This document shows, piece after piece, positions 9,837 to 22,403 of a DNA stretch of 64,000 bases. The stretch spans positions 2,560,001 to 2,624,000 of the forward strand of contig CAWGRW010000009.1 in NCBI GenBank assembly GCA_963825135.1, written 5' to 3'. The notes under the pieces are model-generated. The model saw nothing but the letters and a program-made list of their open reading frames with translations, searched no databases and was not told where the DNA came from. The translations under genes were made by a program, and so were the position numbers. Positions within the stretch are counted from its first letter, which is position 1, and each line of letters begins with the position of its first letter. The DNA comes from an uncultured bacterium (GTDB lineage Bacteria > Desulfobacterota_D > UBA1144 > Nemesobacterales > UBA2774).

Positions 9837-12140
9837 CTATTCGATCTCTATGAGGGCCGGGTCGATGGCCTCGAGTGCTTCGATCAGGTATCTCTCAATA
9901 TCGGACGTCTTCGTGATATCGAGTATGTCCCGTTTCACGGCCCCGAGCTTGTATTTGTCGAGCTTCTTGCAGAGGTACCTGATGTACGGGACGTGCGAGG
10001 GGGAAATGCTCAACTGCCTGTATCCGAGGGCGATAAGCCCGAGCGCCCCCGACGGCGTGCCCGCGAGCTCTCCGCAGACGGAAACTTCCATGCCCGAATG
10101 CCTGGTCTTCTGGTATATATCGTCGAGAACGCGGAGAACGGCCGGGTGGAACCCGGAGTAAAGGTGCCCGACGACGTTCGAGTTCCTGTCCACGGCGAGT
10201 ATGTACTGAATGAGGTCGTTCGTGCCCACGGACATGAAATCGATCATCTCCCTGTAGTCGTCGATCTGATAGAGGATCGCGGGGACCTCCATCATTATTC
10301 CGAGCTCCGGTCTGTCCCGGGCAGGTATGCCCATCTCGCCCGCCGTCTGCTCTACGATCTCTTTGGCGGTCTCCACTTCCCAGAGGTTCGTTATCATCGG
10401 AAGGAGTATCCTGAACCTGTGCCCCTTCTTGAGCGAGATCAATATGGCCCTCAGCTGGTTTTTGAAGAGGTCGAGGTACTCCATCGAAAACCTTATCGCC
10501 CGGAGCCCGAGGAGCGGGTTCTCCTCCTTCGGAAACTCGAAGTAGGGAAGGAGCTTGTCGGCCCCGATGTCGAGGGTCCTTACGGTGACATAGCCCTCGA
10601 ATTCCCCGGCGAGGTCGTCGTATATCTTTACCTGCTCTTTTATGCTCGGCCATTTCGAGTACTGGCTGAAAGCGAATTCCGTGCGGAAAAGTCCGACGTC
10701 GGTAATGCCGTAATGCTTCGCGAGCTGTATGTCTATCGGGAAGCCGATATTGGCCGTTATCTTCACCCCGAGCCCGTTGTGATCGGTATCCTCCTTCCCC
10801 GCCTCCTCTATGACCTCCCTCACCTTCATGAGCTTTATGTATGTGTTCTGGTACTCGGCGATGAGGCTGTCGTCCGGGTTCGAGAATATGAACCCGGTCT
10901 TGCCGTCCACTATGACCTTCTCGCCTGATTTCAGGAGGCTGCAGATGTTGTCTATGCCCACCACGGCGGGGATGCCGAGCGATTTCGCTATGATGACCAC
11001 GTGGGAGGTCTCGCCCCCCCTCTCTATCACGACAGCGGAGACCTTGTTCTTAAAGAGCATCGAAACGAACGAAGGCCCTATGTCGTAGGCGACAAGAACG
11101 GAGCCTTCGCGGGGCTCGGCCACAACGCTCCGCCCTTTCTTGAGCTTGACTAAGTCCTGCAAGATCCTCTCGCCTATATCGCGGAAGTCCTGCGCCTTCT
11201 CCCTCAGGTATTTATCGCTCAGCTCTTCGAACTGCTGCGCGATGGATTCGATGCCCTCTATGACCGCGAGCTCGGCGGGGATCTTCTTTTCCTTTATTTT
11301 CTTTACTATGACGCCCCTCAAGGTGGAGCCCTCGAGTATCATCAGGTGCGCCCTGAATATGTCTATTTCGGCCTTGGATAAGAGCGCCTCCGTATCGAGC
11401 TGCTTGATGAGGTCCCGGAGGTCTTCCTCCACTCCCCTGAGCGCCTTCTTCAGTCGTTCCTTTTCAACCTTGGGGTTGGACGGCGTGAGCTTGTCCGCGC
11501 TCATCTGCCGGAAGAGCCCCCTGAATATGAACACGCTGCCTATCGCGACGCCCGAGGAGACCCCTTTTCCCTGATACGTCCGGGTCTCGTGCTTGATAAT
11601 GGACGGGGTCCTCAGGCGCTCGAGCCTGTCCGCGACCTCCAGGAGCCCCGCGAGCCTTGAGGCGATAATCTGAAAGAGCGTCTCCTCGGCAGGGTTTATG
11701 AGTCTCTTGTCCTTCGTCTGCCCGACCAGGACGCCGATGCACCTGTTCTGGAGGATTATGGGGACGCCTATGTAGCTCTCGTACTCCTCTTCCCCGATCT
11801 CGGGGAAGTACCTGTACCTGGGGTGCTCGGACGCGGGCATCACCGTTATCGCCCGCGAGCTCTCGAACACGAGCCCTGTGAGGCCCTCCTCCGGGCTGAG
11901 CGTGATGGGGTTCCTGAGGGGATCGACGTTCAAGCCCTTCGTCGAGCGGAGTCTGAGGACATTCCTGTCCTTGTCCCAGAGGTATACGGATACGACGTCG
12001 AAGTGAAGCGAGCCCGCGATCTTGCTCACCACCTTTTTCAAGATGGTGTTTAGGCCGGTGGATTTATTCACCAGGTCGCTTATTTCCTGGACTATCTTTA
12101 AATGAAAATCGGCTCTGTCTACTGTTTTCTTGGTAATCAT
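9837..12140 (-). CDS. ptsP: GAF-domain PEP-protein phosphotransferase (EI-Ntr type)
   Basis: N-terminal GAF, TSH phospho-His, RTLDIGADK, SVGTNDL, CGE. Confidence 0.93.
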   Translation of the reverse strand: MITKKTVDRADFHLKIVQEISDLVNKSTGLNTILKKVVSKIAGSLHFDVVSVYLWDKDRNVLRLRSTKGLNVDPLRNPITLSPEEGLTGLVFESSRAITVMPASEHPRYRYFPEIGEEEYESYIGVPIILQNRCIGVLVGQTKDKRLINPAEETLFQIIASRLAGLLEVADRLERLRTPSIIKHETRTYQGKGVSSGVAIGSVFIFRGLFRQMSADKLTPSNPKVEKERLKKALRGVEEDLRDLIKQLDTEALLSKAEIDIFRAHLMILEGSTLRGVIVKKIKEKKIPAELAVIEGIESIAQQFEELSDKYLREKAQDFRDIGERILQDLVKLKKGRSVVAEPREGSVLVAYDIGPSFVSMLFKNKVSAVVIERGGETSHVVIIAKSLGIPAVVGIDNICSLLKSGEKVIVDGKTGFIFSNPDDSLIAEYQNTYIKLMKVREVIEEAGKEDTDHNGLGVKITANIGFPIDIQLAKHYGITDVGLFRTEFAFSQYSKWPSIKEQVKIYDDLAGEFEGYVTVRTLDIGADKLLPYFEFPKEENPLLGLRAIRFSMEYLDLFKNQLRAILISLKKGHRFRILLPMITNLWEVETAKEIVEQTAGEMGIPARDRPELGIMMEVPAILYQIDDYREMIDFMSVGTNDLIQYILAVDRNSNVVGHLYSGFHPAVLRVLDDIYQKTRHSGMEVSVCGELAGTPSGALGLIALGYRQLSISPSHVPYIRYLCKKLDKYKLGAVKRDILDITKTSDIERYLIEALEAIDPALIEIE

Positions 12141-12468
12141 AAAAGATTCCAGGTCCGGACTCTCTTATTCACAATCTGACCGGTTACCAGTCATCGTCAA
12201 GCCCGTTCCGTATAATTGTTAAACAGGTCTTAATACCGGAAGGCCTGACGTCTGTTTATTCCGATCAGGCGCCGGATTATTCGCGATAAATACACTGGGC
12301 GGGATTTTTTGGTATATTTATCGACTGATTTATAATACTCGTTAATAGCCCGGATTCATAATTCCAGAATAAAAATATAATTCCGATAGCGAACGGGTCA
12401 ATAATAAATCGGAGCCGGGCTGAAAACCCGGATAGGGCTCCCGGTACAACGATAAAAGGAAAACGATA

Positions 12469-13902
12469 ATGGAAACCGGTCAGGACGCGAAGAAAAGGAT
12501 AAGGGCGGCGATAATAGGGTCGGGACCCGCGGGTTTTTATACCGCGGAGCACATGCTGAAGAGAGCGGACGTCGAATTCGAGGTGGACATGTTCGACAGG
12601 CTCCCCACGCCGCACGGACTCGTGAGGTCGGGCGTGGCGCCCGATCACCAGAAGATCAAATCCGTCACGAAGGTGTACGACAAGATAGCCTCCCACCCGA
12701 GGTTCAGGTTCTTCGGTCTGGTCGAGTTCGGAAAGCACATCACGCTGGAGGACCTAAAGAGGCATTACCCCGTGATAGTGTTCACGACAGGGGCGCAGAC
12801 CGACAGGAAGCTCGGGGTACCGGGAGAGGACCTCAAGGGCAGCCACACTGCGACCGAGTTCGTCGCCTGGTATAACGGCCACCCCGACTACAGGCATCTG
12901 CACTTCGACCTCTCGCAGGAGAGGGTGGCGATAATAGGCGTGGGGAACGTGGCGATAGACGTGGCGAGGATACTCTGCCGCACACCGGAGGAGCTCAGTG
13001 AGACGGACATCGCGGATTACGCGCTAGAGGCGTTAGGCGGGAGCAGGGTTACCGACGTGTACCTGCTCGGACGGCGGGGCCCTCTTCAGGCCGCTTTCAC
13101 GAACCCGGAGGTAAGGGAGCTCGGGAAGCTCCCGGGCGCCCACGCGGTAACGCTCCCGCACGAGGTCGCGCCCGACGAGTTTACGATTGAGGCGATCGAA
13201 ACGAACAAAGACCAGACCGCAATCAACAAGCTCGAGCTGCTGAAATCGTTCTCAGACCCCGCCCGGCACACGAAGGACAGGAGACTCCACATCAGGTTCC
13301 TCGTGTCCCCTGTCGAGATACTGGGGGACGAGCGGGGGCGGGTATCAGGGGTCAGGCTCGTCAGGAACGAGCTCTACAGGGCCGAGGACGGCAGCGTGCG
13401 CTCGCGCTCCACGGGGCAATACGAGGAGCTCAGGGCAGGCCTCGTGTTCCGCTCGATAGGGTATCAGGGGGTCCCTCTTCCCGGCGTGCCGTTTCACGAG
13501 GAGTGGGGCGTGATACATAACGAGAAGGGCCGCGTGACGGACCCCGGCACGGGCGATCCGGTAGCCGGCCTATACGCGGCCGGGTGGATCAAGCGGGGAC
13601 CTACGGGCGTTATAGGGACAAACAAGCAGGATTCGGGTGAGACGGTCGAGTGCATAATCGAGGACGTTGGCAGCGGGTGCGTGAATGATCCGGCCTTACC
13701 CGATAGAGAAAGCGCGGAAAAAATGATATCTGAAGCGCAGCCCGACTTTGTCACGTATCAGGACTGGCTCAGACTCGACGAGCTCGAGGTGGAAAGGGGG
13801 AAGGCCCACGGGAGGCCCCGGATCAAATATACGAGCGTCGAGGAGATGCTGGAGGCCTTACATAGACGCAACAAGGGTTCTCTTATACCGGATAAAACCT
13901 GA
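12469..13902 (+). CDS. Ferredoxin-NADP+ reductase, adrenodoxin-reductase/FprA type
   Basis: GSGPAG, GVAPDH, GVGNVAIDVAR, GWIKRGPTGVIGTN. Confidence 0.9.
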   Translation: METGQDAKKRIRAAIIGSGPAGFYTAEHMLKRADVEFEVDMFDRLPTPHGLVRSGVAPDHQKIKSVTKVYDKIASHPRFRFFGLVEFGKHITLEDLKRHYPVIVFTTGAQTDRKLGVPGEDLKGSHTATEFVAWYNGHPDYRHLHFDLSQERVAIIGVGNVAIDVARILCRTPEELSETDIADYALEALGGSRVTDVYLLGRRGPLQAAFTNPEVRELGKLPGAHAVTLPHEVAPDEFTIEAIETNKDQTAINKLELLKSFSDPARHTKDRRLHIRFLVSPVEILGDERGRVSGVRLVRNELYRAEDGSVRSRSTGQYEELRAGLVFRSIGYQGVPLPGVPFHEEWGVIHNEKGRVTDPGTGDPVAGLYAAGWIKRGPTGVIGTNKQDSGETVECIIEDVGSGCVNDPALPDRESAEKMISEAQPDFVTYQDWLRLDELEVERGKAHGRPRIKYTSVEEMLEALHRRNKGSLIPDKT

Positions 13903-13938
13903 CACCGGAATTACAATTTACTTTATATATGATTTATA

Positions 13939-15948
13939 TCAGACTGTGCTTAATGATAATATCTTCCTCAGCGGATCGACTTTCCTGACCCGGAGCTTAA
14001 TCCTGGCCCCCTCTTCGGGAACCCTGTCCGAGCCCAGGCTTACCGGGGTTTCGAACAGGTAATCGGGCAGGTACACGCTTACCCTCGTGTCAGTGGAAGA
14101 GCTTACGACCCCTTCTACCTCCCCGCCTTCGAGCGACCTCAGGTGTTTATAGAGCCAGTACCTCTCCCTCTGCCTTTCTATCGTTCTTTTGTCGCGTATG
14201 CCTACCTCTATGCGCGGGTACAGGTTCTCGAGCTCTTCCTCCGAGTACACGGCCTCGCCGTAAACGAGCTCGGACACGATCTGCCTCTGCATTATGATAT
14301 CGGGATATCTCCTTATGGGGGATGTTACCTGGGTATAAACGTCGATGCCGAGGGACATATGCGGCTCCGGGCTTAGTCCCACCCTCGGCGCTCTCAGGAA
14401 CTTCACCACGCGTACGGGATATAGCGGATCGCTCTCGTCGAGCGACCTCACGTCGTCAGGGACCGGTTCCGACTGGGACCTGTAGATAGCGGGAACCTTG
14501 TTTTCCCTGAGGAACCTCCCGGCCATCCTGTTCATGAGTATCATCATCTCCGCCACGACGACGTGGGCCACGGAGTTCATGAAGTTCTTTTCTATGCTGA
14601 TGCGCCCTCCGCCGTTTATCCTGATTTTTAGCTGTGGGAGCTGGACTATGAGCGCCCCGGCCTCGAGCCTTTTAATCCTGAGCGCCCCGGCTATCTTTTT
14701 CAGTCTCTCCCCGACGGGGTCATTGAGAAAGAACTCGCTTCCTTCAGAGTAGCTGATGTTTTTCCTGACCTTTATTACCGCGTTCGTGAACCTCTGGCTT
14801 ATAATATTGTTGCTTTCGTCGAAAACCATGAGCAGGGACAATGAGAGCCTCTCCGTGCCCTCCACCAGGCTCAGCCTTTCCTTGATGAGCCTGAGCGGGA
14901 ACATGTGTATGCGCTTTTCAGGCAGGTAGATCGTCTCCCCCCTCCTTCCGGCCTCCGCGTCCGCCTCGCTCCATTTGGGTATGAGCGCGGCCACGTTCGA
15001 GATATGTACCCCGACCTCGGTCCCGGCGGGGACCTCCCTGACCGATATGGCGTCGTCGATGTCCTCGGTGCTTACGTCGTCGATCGAGAAGACGTCGAGA
15101 CCCGTCAAATCCTCGAAGCCGTCTGCGGGGAGGATATCGTCTATCACCCTGTCGGTCTCGATCTCGACCCCCTCCGGGAAATCGTCCCTGATCGAGAACC
15201 TCTTCAGCATCGGGTCTTCGTCCTCTCCCCACGCGCCCGCTTTAATGAGGAATTCCGTCGCGCCCTCGACGTCCCTTATCCCTATCTCGGAAAGAAACGA
15301 TTTCGCCTCCGAGGCGCGGCCGAATTTGTCGAGATAGGTTACGTACCCCTTCAGGAGGTCTACGTAACCGGACACTCCCGCAAGCCCGCCCTCTGCCGGC
15401 GTATTCCCCAGCAGCACTCCTTTGGCCCAGTAGAGGGCGTTCTCTCTCTCCTCCTTTTTTTTCTCCTCGGTTTCCTTCTTCTTTATTATTTCGGCGGCGT
15501 CCTCGGGGCTCCTGGGCGAATACCCCTCCTCGCCTCTCGTGAAATAAATGTCGTCCTTATCCACGGCCCAGAAAAGAGAGAGTTTTTCCCTGTCCGAAAC
15601 ACCCTTTTCTCCGAAGTAGAGGCCCGAAAGCTCCGCGAACGGTATCTCCTCACCGCCTCCCTCGTAGCACCCCCATACGGTCACGAGGTCTATGCCCTCC
15701 CTCGCCTCGTCGAGGTCCCTCCTCAGATCCCTGAGCTTCAATTTCTTCTCCGATGCGGTGAATTCGCCTTCGATCCTGAGGCCGCTTAGAAATGCGATCT
15801 TCTCCGGGTCGACGTCCACCTCCCTGCCCTCTTCCGAAAAAAGGGTGTACTTGTCCCCGAGTGCGCGGACGAATATTCCGAGCGAGGGCTCTCTCCGTTT
15901 TCTGAACAGGACTACTTCATTGTGCGAGGGGAATCTGGAGCGGGTCAT
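13939..15948 (-). CDS. RNB-domain exoribonuclease (RNase II-like)
   Basis: SIDDVSTEDIDDA, TSPIRRYPD, C-terminal S1-like domain. Confidence 0.9.
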   Translation of the reverse strand: MTRSRFPSHNEVVLFRKRREPSLGIFVRALGDKYTLFSEEGREVDVDPEKIAFLSGLRIEGEFTASEKKLKLRDLRRDLDEAREGIDLVTVWGCYEGGGEEIPFAELSGLYFGEKGVSDREKLSLFWAVDKDDIYFTRGEEGYSPRSPEDAAEIIKKKETEEKKKEERENALYWAKGVLLGNTPAEGGLAGVSGYVDLLKGYVTYLDKFGRASEAKSFLSEIGIRDVEGATEFLIKAGAWGEDEDPMLKRFSIRDDFPEGVEIETDRVIDDILPADGFEDLTGLDVFSIDDVSTEDIDDAISVREVPAGTEVGVHISNVAALIPKWSEADAEAGRRGETIYLPEKRIHMFPLRLIKERLSLVEGTERLSLSLLMVFDESNNIISQRFTNAVIKVRKNISYSEGSEFFLNDPVGERLKKIAGALRIKRLEAGALIVQLPQLKIRINGGGRISIEKNFMNSVAHVVVAEMMILMNRMAGRFLRENKVPAIYRSQSEPVPDDVRSLDESDPLYPVRVVKFLRAPRVGLSPEPHMSLGIDVYTQVTSPIRRYPDIIMQRQIVSELVYGEAVYSEEELENLYPRIEVGIRDKRTIERQRERYWLYKHLRSLEGGEVEGVVSSSTDTRVSVYLPDYLFETPVSLGSDRVPEEGARIKLRVRKVDPLRKILSLSTV

Positions 15949-16053
15949 GGGGGTAGTATTCTAATTAAGGGAGTGGGTTTTACAAAAAATCGGAGAAAAT
16001 TCAGTGCTGGCAGCTCGTTCGAGAAGCCGGGGCAGCAGGGACGGGAATCAAAT

Positions 16054-16491
16054 TCAGTGGTTTTCCCTGTATTTCCCGAGCTCCCTCAAGAGCCAGTCGG
16101 AGGTCTTTTCGGGCTCTTTGCCGGGGCAGATGACGAGATAGTACTTGCCGCTCATCATACTCTTGGTGGCGGCGTACTCGATGAAGGTCTCGGTCGAAGT
16201 GATCTTGCCGCTGAAGTACTCGTATTTCTCCTTGATATGCCCGTACGCCTTCTCGCCGTCGTAGAGCTTGCCGTTCCTTTCGAACCGGCATGGGGAGCCC
16301 TTCACGAGCCCGAGCAGGTATTCTACCTCGGGCTTCTCGGCTGGGGGGACGTCGGCGCTCGCGGGATTCAGATACGGCACTGATACCGAGAATATTATTG
16401 TCAGCAGCAGGAGAATCATGGATTTAAGGAGCTGCCTCCGAAGCCCGCACTCGGGAAAAAGCTTTTTAACGGCTTCATCATGCCGGTTCAT
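16054..16491 (-). CDS. DUF5329-like exported protein (start may be 16419)
   Basis: CRFERNG, H..KY, FIEYAATKSMMSGKYY pattern. Confidence 0.7.
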   Translation of the reverse strand: MNRHDEAVKKLFPECGLRRQLLKSMILLLLTIIFSVSVPYLNPASADVPPAEKPEVEYLLGLVKGSPCRFERNGKLYDGEKAYGHIKEKYEYFSGKITSTETFIEYAATKSMMSGKYYLVICPGKEPEKTSDWLLRELGKYRENH

Positions 16492-16573
16492 TGAGATAAA
16501 TTATACACGAAATGAGGCATGAGTCGTTGGGTCGAACAGAAGGAGTTACGCCGGCTAATAATGTGATTCGAAT

Positions 16574-18187
<1,614 letters not shown>

Positions 18188-18356
18188 TTAATGCTGACCT
18201 CAGAGAGAACGATTTCGATAAATTTAAGGCGGGACCGTCTAGGTCTTTATTAATATATTCAAAAGCGGGAAATCTTGCAAGACCCGGACATACAAATATT
18301 TTTGAGTCTTTTGGAACGACAAGATTGCGTGTAGGTTAAACGGGAAGGGGTCGTGC

Positions 18357-19136
18357 ATGAGCGGCGATAGAGAAAAGATACATCTGACGAAGATACTCGA
18401 CCAGTTCTCAAAACAGGCGGTCCCGTTCGCCGAGTTGCATATCCACATGGACGCGATGGATCTGCTCCTGGAGGTGTCCGGAGTCAATAACGGCGATACG
18501 GTCCTCGACGTGGCGTGCGGGCCCGGTCTCGTAGCCTGTGAATTCGCCCGGACGGCCTCCCGCGTTACGGGCATGGACATCACGGATGCAATGCTCGGGA
18601 AGGCCCGGGATCTGCAGAAGGAAAAGGGGCTCCGGAACGTTGAATGGGTACACGGAAACGCGAGTCCCCTCCCCTTCGGCAACGAGACCTTTTCTCTCGT
18701 CATAACCCGTTACAGCTTCCACCATTTCCTCGATCCCGAGGAGGCCCTCCGGGAAATGGTCCGGGTCTGCGGGCCCGGCGGTCGAGTCATGGTCGCGGAC
18801 GTCTGCGTCCGGGCGGAGCACTCGGAGGAGTACGACCGCATGGAAAAGATGCGGGACGATTCCCACGTGCACGCTTTGACGGAGCCTGAGCTCACGGGAA
18901 TGTTCGCGCGCTCGGGCCTCACGGAGCTGAAAAGGAGCGGATACGGGCTCCACACGGACGCGGAATCCCTGCTGAACGCGTCGTCGCACACGCCTCAAGA
19001 AAGACGGCGAATCCTGGAAATGATTACTTCCGATATATGTGTTGGTAATATCGGGATCAATGCGCGTATCGAAGGGGAAAAACTGACGTTTACATTCCCT
19101 ATCGCGGTATACGCGGGCACGAAAAGCATAGATTGA
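18357..19136 (+). CDS. Class I SAM-dependent methyltransferase
   Basis: VLDVACGPG, LPF, FHHF..P, PGGRV. Confidence 0.88.
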   Translation: MSGDREKIHLTKILDQFSKQAVPFAELHIHMDAMDLLLEVSGVNNGDTVLDVACGPGLVACEFARTASRVTGMDITDAMLGKARDLQKEKGLRNVEWVHGNASPLPFGNETFSLVITRYSFHHFLDPEEALREMVRVCGPGGRVMVADVCVRAEHSEEYDRMEKMRDDSHVHALTEPELTGMFARSGLTELKRSGYGLHTDAESLLNASSHTPQERRRILEMITSDICVGNIGINARIEGEKLTFTFPIAVYAGTKSID

Positions 19137-19171
19137 GCGGACCCGCCGGAGGTAATGCCGGTTGAGAAGCA

Positions 19172-19765
19172 CTAATCCGATATTTCCCGAAGGCGTCTGA
19201 TCAGGGAATCAGCGGCGCGGGCCCTGTGGCTTATCTTGTTCTTGAGCTCAGCCGGTATCTCCGCCATTGTCTTATTATATTCGGGCAGAAAAAAAACAGG
19301 GTCGTATCCGAACCCGCCACCCCCGCGGGGCTCCATCATAATGACCCCTTCGCGCCTCCCCTCCGCGGTTATCTCTTTCCCCTCCGGAGTGACGAGCGCG
19401 AGAAAGCATACGAACCTCGCCCTCCTGTTATCCGCGCCCTCGAGTTCCGACAGCAGTTTCGTTATATTATCGCCGTCGGTCGCGCCCTCCCCCGCGTACC
19501 TTGCAGAATAGACCCCCGGCCTTCCGCCGAGGGCATCGACCTCCAGCCCCGAATCGTCCGCGAGCGCGGGAATGCCCGAATAAGAGGCTATGGCGCGGGC
19601 CTTCTTGACGGCGTTTTCACGGAACGTTTCGCCGTCTTCTATGACCCCAGGCGGGGACGCCAGGTCGTTAAGGGACACTATGTTCCCGAATACGCCCCCG
19701 AGGAGCCCTTCAAACTCCCTGACCTTCCCCTTATTGGCGGTAGCGAGCACTATCTTCTCTATCAT
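19172..19765 (-). CDS. rdgB: XTP/dITP diphosphatase
   Basis: ATANKGK, ADDSGL, PGVYSARY, GFGYDP, ISHR; directly follows rph. Confidence 0.95.
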   Translation of the reverse strand: MIEKIVLATANKGKVREFEGLLGGVFGNIVSLNDLASPPGVIEDGETFRENAVKKARAIASYSGIPALADDSGLEVDALGGRPGVYSARYAGEGATDGDNITKLLSELEGADNRRARFVCFLALVTPEGKEITAEGRREGVIMMEPRGGGGFGYDPVFFLPEYNKTMAEIPAELKNKISHRARAADSLIRRLREISD

Positions 19766-19784
19766 GGCTCCGTGCTTGTGAACA

Positions 19785-20507
19785 TCATTCGGCGAGGATT
19801 TCTTTTTGCCTGTCTATGAGCTCTTTTATTCCCTTTTCCGCCATCTTAATGAGCGAACCGAGCTCATTCTTCGAAAACGGCTTCCCTTCGGCGGTCCCCT
19901 GCACCTCGACGAGAAGCCCCGACCCGGTCATGGCGACATTCATGTCGACCTCGGCCTTCGAGTCCTCCTCGTAGTCGAGGTCGAGCGCGAGCCTGCCACC
20001 GACGATGCCGACGCTTACTGCGGCGATGAAGTCGGCAACGGGGTTATCTTCGAGCACTCCTTCCCTGATGAGGTTGAGCACGGCGTCCGAGAGCGCCACG
20101 AACGCACCCGTGATGGAGGCCGTCCTCGTCCCGCCGTCGGCCTGAAGCACGTCGCAGTCTATCGTGATAGACCTTTCGCCGAGCCTGTCGAGGTCTATCA
20201 CGGACCTGAGCGCCCTGCCTATTATCCTCTGTATCTCGTGGGACCTGCCCCCTATCCTCCCCCTCACGCTGTCCCTCGTTATCCTTTCCTTGGTCGAGCG
20301 CGGGAGCATGGAATACTCCGCGGTGACCCATCCCCTGCCCGTGTCCTTGAGAAAAGGGGGGAACTTCTCCTCGAAGGTCGCCGTGCACAGCACCTTCGTC
20401 TCCCCGGTTTCGATCAGCGCCGACCCCTCCGCGTATTTCATGATGCCTCTCGTTATCTTGACCGGCCTTAGCTGGTCCCATTGCCTTCCGTCATGCCGCA
20501 CGTTCAT
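19785..20507 (-). CDS. rph: Ribonuclease PH
   Basis: [32 protein letters not shown]; start chosen at MNVRHDGR. Confidence 0.97.
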   Translation of the reverse strand: MNVRHDGRQWDQLRPVKITRGIMKYAEGSALIETGETKVLCTATFEEKFPPFLKDTGRGWVTAEYSMLPRSTKERITRDSVRGRIGGRSHEIQRIIGRALRSVIDLDRLGERSITIDCDVLQADGGTRTASITGAFVALSDAVLNLIREGVLEDNPVADFIAAVSVGIVGGRLALDLDYEEDSKAEVDMNVAMTGSGLLVEVQGTAEGKPFSKNELGSLIKMAEKGIKELIDRQKEILAE

Positions 20508-20681
20508 ATGAATCTCCGTCGCGTTCCTTTCATAAAATAGGAACTCACGAAATTTTAACATATGACAATGTTCCGACGTTAACGGCTGAATAAAAAAAAG
20601 AAGGCCGTCGTCGCCTCCGGAAATAAAAAGTATTAAAAAAGTGAAATTAACATTTACAGAGTTTCGGAAAAAAACCGAAAT

Positions 20682-20721
20682 TGTCCGTTTTCAAACACAC
20701 CATACTGTCCGGAACGGAACA
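20682..20721. promoter_or_regulatory. Two tandem TGT-N10-ACA enhancer-like sites
   Basis: TGTCCGTTTTCAAACA (20682-20697) and TGTCCGGAACGGAACA (20706-20721), ~85-125 bp upstream of a sigma54 motif. Confidence 0.6.
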
Positions 20722-20806
20722 AATCGTCACTTTTTTCTTTTTAATACTCCAAACCGATATGAGAGTAACCGGCATTTCATTGGCGATATCGCGGATTCGT
20801 TATAGG

Positions 20807-20821
20807 TGGCACGGCGCTTGC
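20807..20821 (+). promoter_or_regulatory. Sigma54 (-24/-12) promoter
   Basis: TGGCACGGCGCTTGC fits TGGCACG-N4-TTGC, 42 bp before ATG 20864. Confidence 0.8.
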
Positions 20822-20863
20822 CAATCACAACCGCAAAATCCCCGGACAAAAGAGGCACTCAAA

Positions 20864-21973
20864 ATGAATCGAAGAACCATTGCTGGTTTTATATGCGTTC
20901 TGCTTACATCTCTGCTCGTTATTATTCCTCTTTCCACTGATGAAGCTCTATCTTATCATCGCTCAAATACACACAGGCCGCCAAGTAGTCCAACTCCCAC
21001 GCCGGTGCCGACGCCCGTACCGACCCCCAAGCCGACGCCCGTACCCACACCGGTACCGACGCCGGCTCCAAAGCCCGTTACGACGATTATAAAGGCCGGA
21101 GACAAGGTTGTGGAACGCGGTCAGTCCATACAATCGGCCATCGGCGCTGCGTCAAGCGGACAGACCGTGTGGGTTAAATCCGGCACCTGGACCCTTAACG
21201 CACAGCTTACGATGAAATACGGGGTAAGCGTTAAAGCCTATCCGGGAATGGAGGCATACGATTGGGATACCGACACCATTAATCCGTCCCACCCGTACAT
21301 CATTCCGGGCGCCTGTAATTCATGCGGCATAAGGTGGGGGAAAAATCAGGGAAATAATGAGTTCTCGGGGTTTGAAGTTGCCGGAGGGTACGGCGGTATA
21401 GATATCCATGCCAATAACGTGATCGTGAGCGACAACTGGATTCACGATACCGACTATACGAGTATATTCATAGCGAGCTCGAGTAATATTCTGATCGAGC
21501 ACAATAAGACTGAGCGTGACGGACAGTACTGCTACGGATGGACGAATCCAAATGACGGCACCCTGATAAGCCCGCGTCACTGCCATTCCGTTTACTTGAG
21601 CAACATCCCCGGTTACTGCGGCATGACGAATGTTACGGTCAGGGAAAATTACCTGTCGGATTCGGGGGGCAGCGCGGTGAATTTTAACGGCGATGACTGC
21701 GCCAAAGCCGGCGGTCAGCTCATATCGAATACCCTGATCGAGCTCAATAAGATAGTGGATGTGAATTTAGGGCCTTCTCTCTGGCACGGCACCACGGGGA
21801 CCGTAATAAGGGGTAATAAAATCACGATCCAGCACCCGTATACGCCGCCTGGTTCTATTAACGATATGTCCCTCGGCCTGAAATGCGGGATCGCCGCCTG
21901 GGATGAAACCCCGGCAATGTCGGGCAATACCTTTGACCTCAGGGCCGATTATAAACAGACCTGTCTGTATTAA
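20864..21973 (+). CDS. Secreted protein with Pro/Thr linker and right-handed parallel beta-helix (pectin-lyase-like) domain
   Basis: Signal peptide, PTPVPTP repeats, SIQSAI..A..G.TV.V.SGT, repeated N..I..N beta-helix rungs. Confidence 0.8.
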   Translation: MNRRTIAGFICVLLTSLLVIIPLSTDEALSYHRSNTHRPPSSPTPTPVPTPVPTPKPTPVPTPVPTPAPKPVTTIIKAGDKVVERGQSIQSAIGAASSGQTVWVKSGTWTLNAQLTMKYGVSVKAYPGMEAYDWDTDTINPSHPYIIPGACNSCGIRWGKNQGNNEFSGFEVAGGYGGIDIHANNVIVSDNWIHDTDYTSIFIASSSNILIEHNKTERDGQYCYGWTNPNDGTLISPRHCHSVYLSNIPGYCGMTNVTVRENYLSDSGGSAVNFNGDDCAKAGGQLISNTLIELNKIVDVNLGPSLWHGTTGTVIRGNKITIQHPYTPPGSINDMSLGLKCGIAAWDETPAMSGNTFDLRADYKQTCLY

Positions 21974-22059
21974 TTCTTGTTTTGGCGGGGTCTATATAAT
22001 CGCCGGCCCGGCTATGTAGTCTTCCGGTAGATACCTGGAGGCAGGGTATATTGATCGTT

Positions 22060-22295
22060 GTCAGCTTTAAGGACCCATCCGTGCCTAAAACGGACGCGCC
22101 CGTCGATTATTTCAAGACGTTCACGAACCTCGCGAATAACCTTGCATACAGGTGGGGGCGGAATCCCTGAGCGCGCTCATGGGAGGGTTCCTCGCCGAGA
22201 TGCTTATTCCACTGCCTTTATTAACCCACGGGATAGTCGCCGTAGCGGGCGGATTGCTCCTTATCACGTACAGGAAGCCCCTGGCCCTCGATTAG
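22060..22295 (+). pseudogene. Possible remnant of a membrane-protein gene
   Basis: Frame-broken hydrophobic tail LSALMGGFLAEMLIPLPLLTHGIVAVAGGLLLITYRKPLALD*. Confidence 0.3.
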
Positions 22296-22403
22296 CCACT
22301 CCCGTTCGGGTCGTTATTGCCGCCGTCTTCCCGGGGCGGAGGCTGACCTCAAAATAACACTTAGGCATTGACATAAGTATTCGGCCATTGTATATTCAGG
22401 TAA

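Noticed and set aside
9651..10928. 425-aa plus-strand ORF and similar long antisense ORFs (3822-4865, 17324-18253, 41154-42197)
   Set aside because: Shadows of well-supported opposite-strand genes, caused by GC-rich third codon positions
20990..21075. Short-period DNA repeat
   Set aside because: Explained by the Pro/Thr linker coding sequence
22148..22170. Possible att duplication of the ssrA 3' end (ggtgggggcggaatccc)
   Set aside because: Similarity is too short and gapped to support
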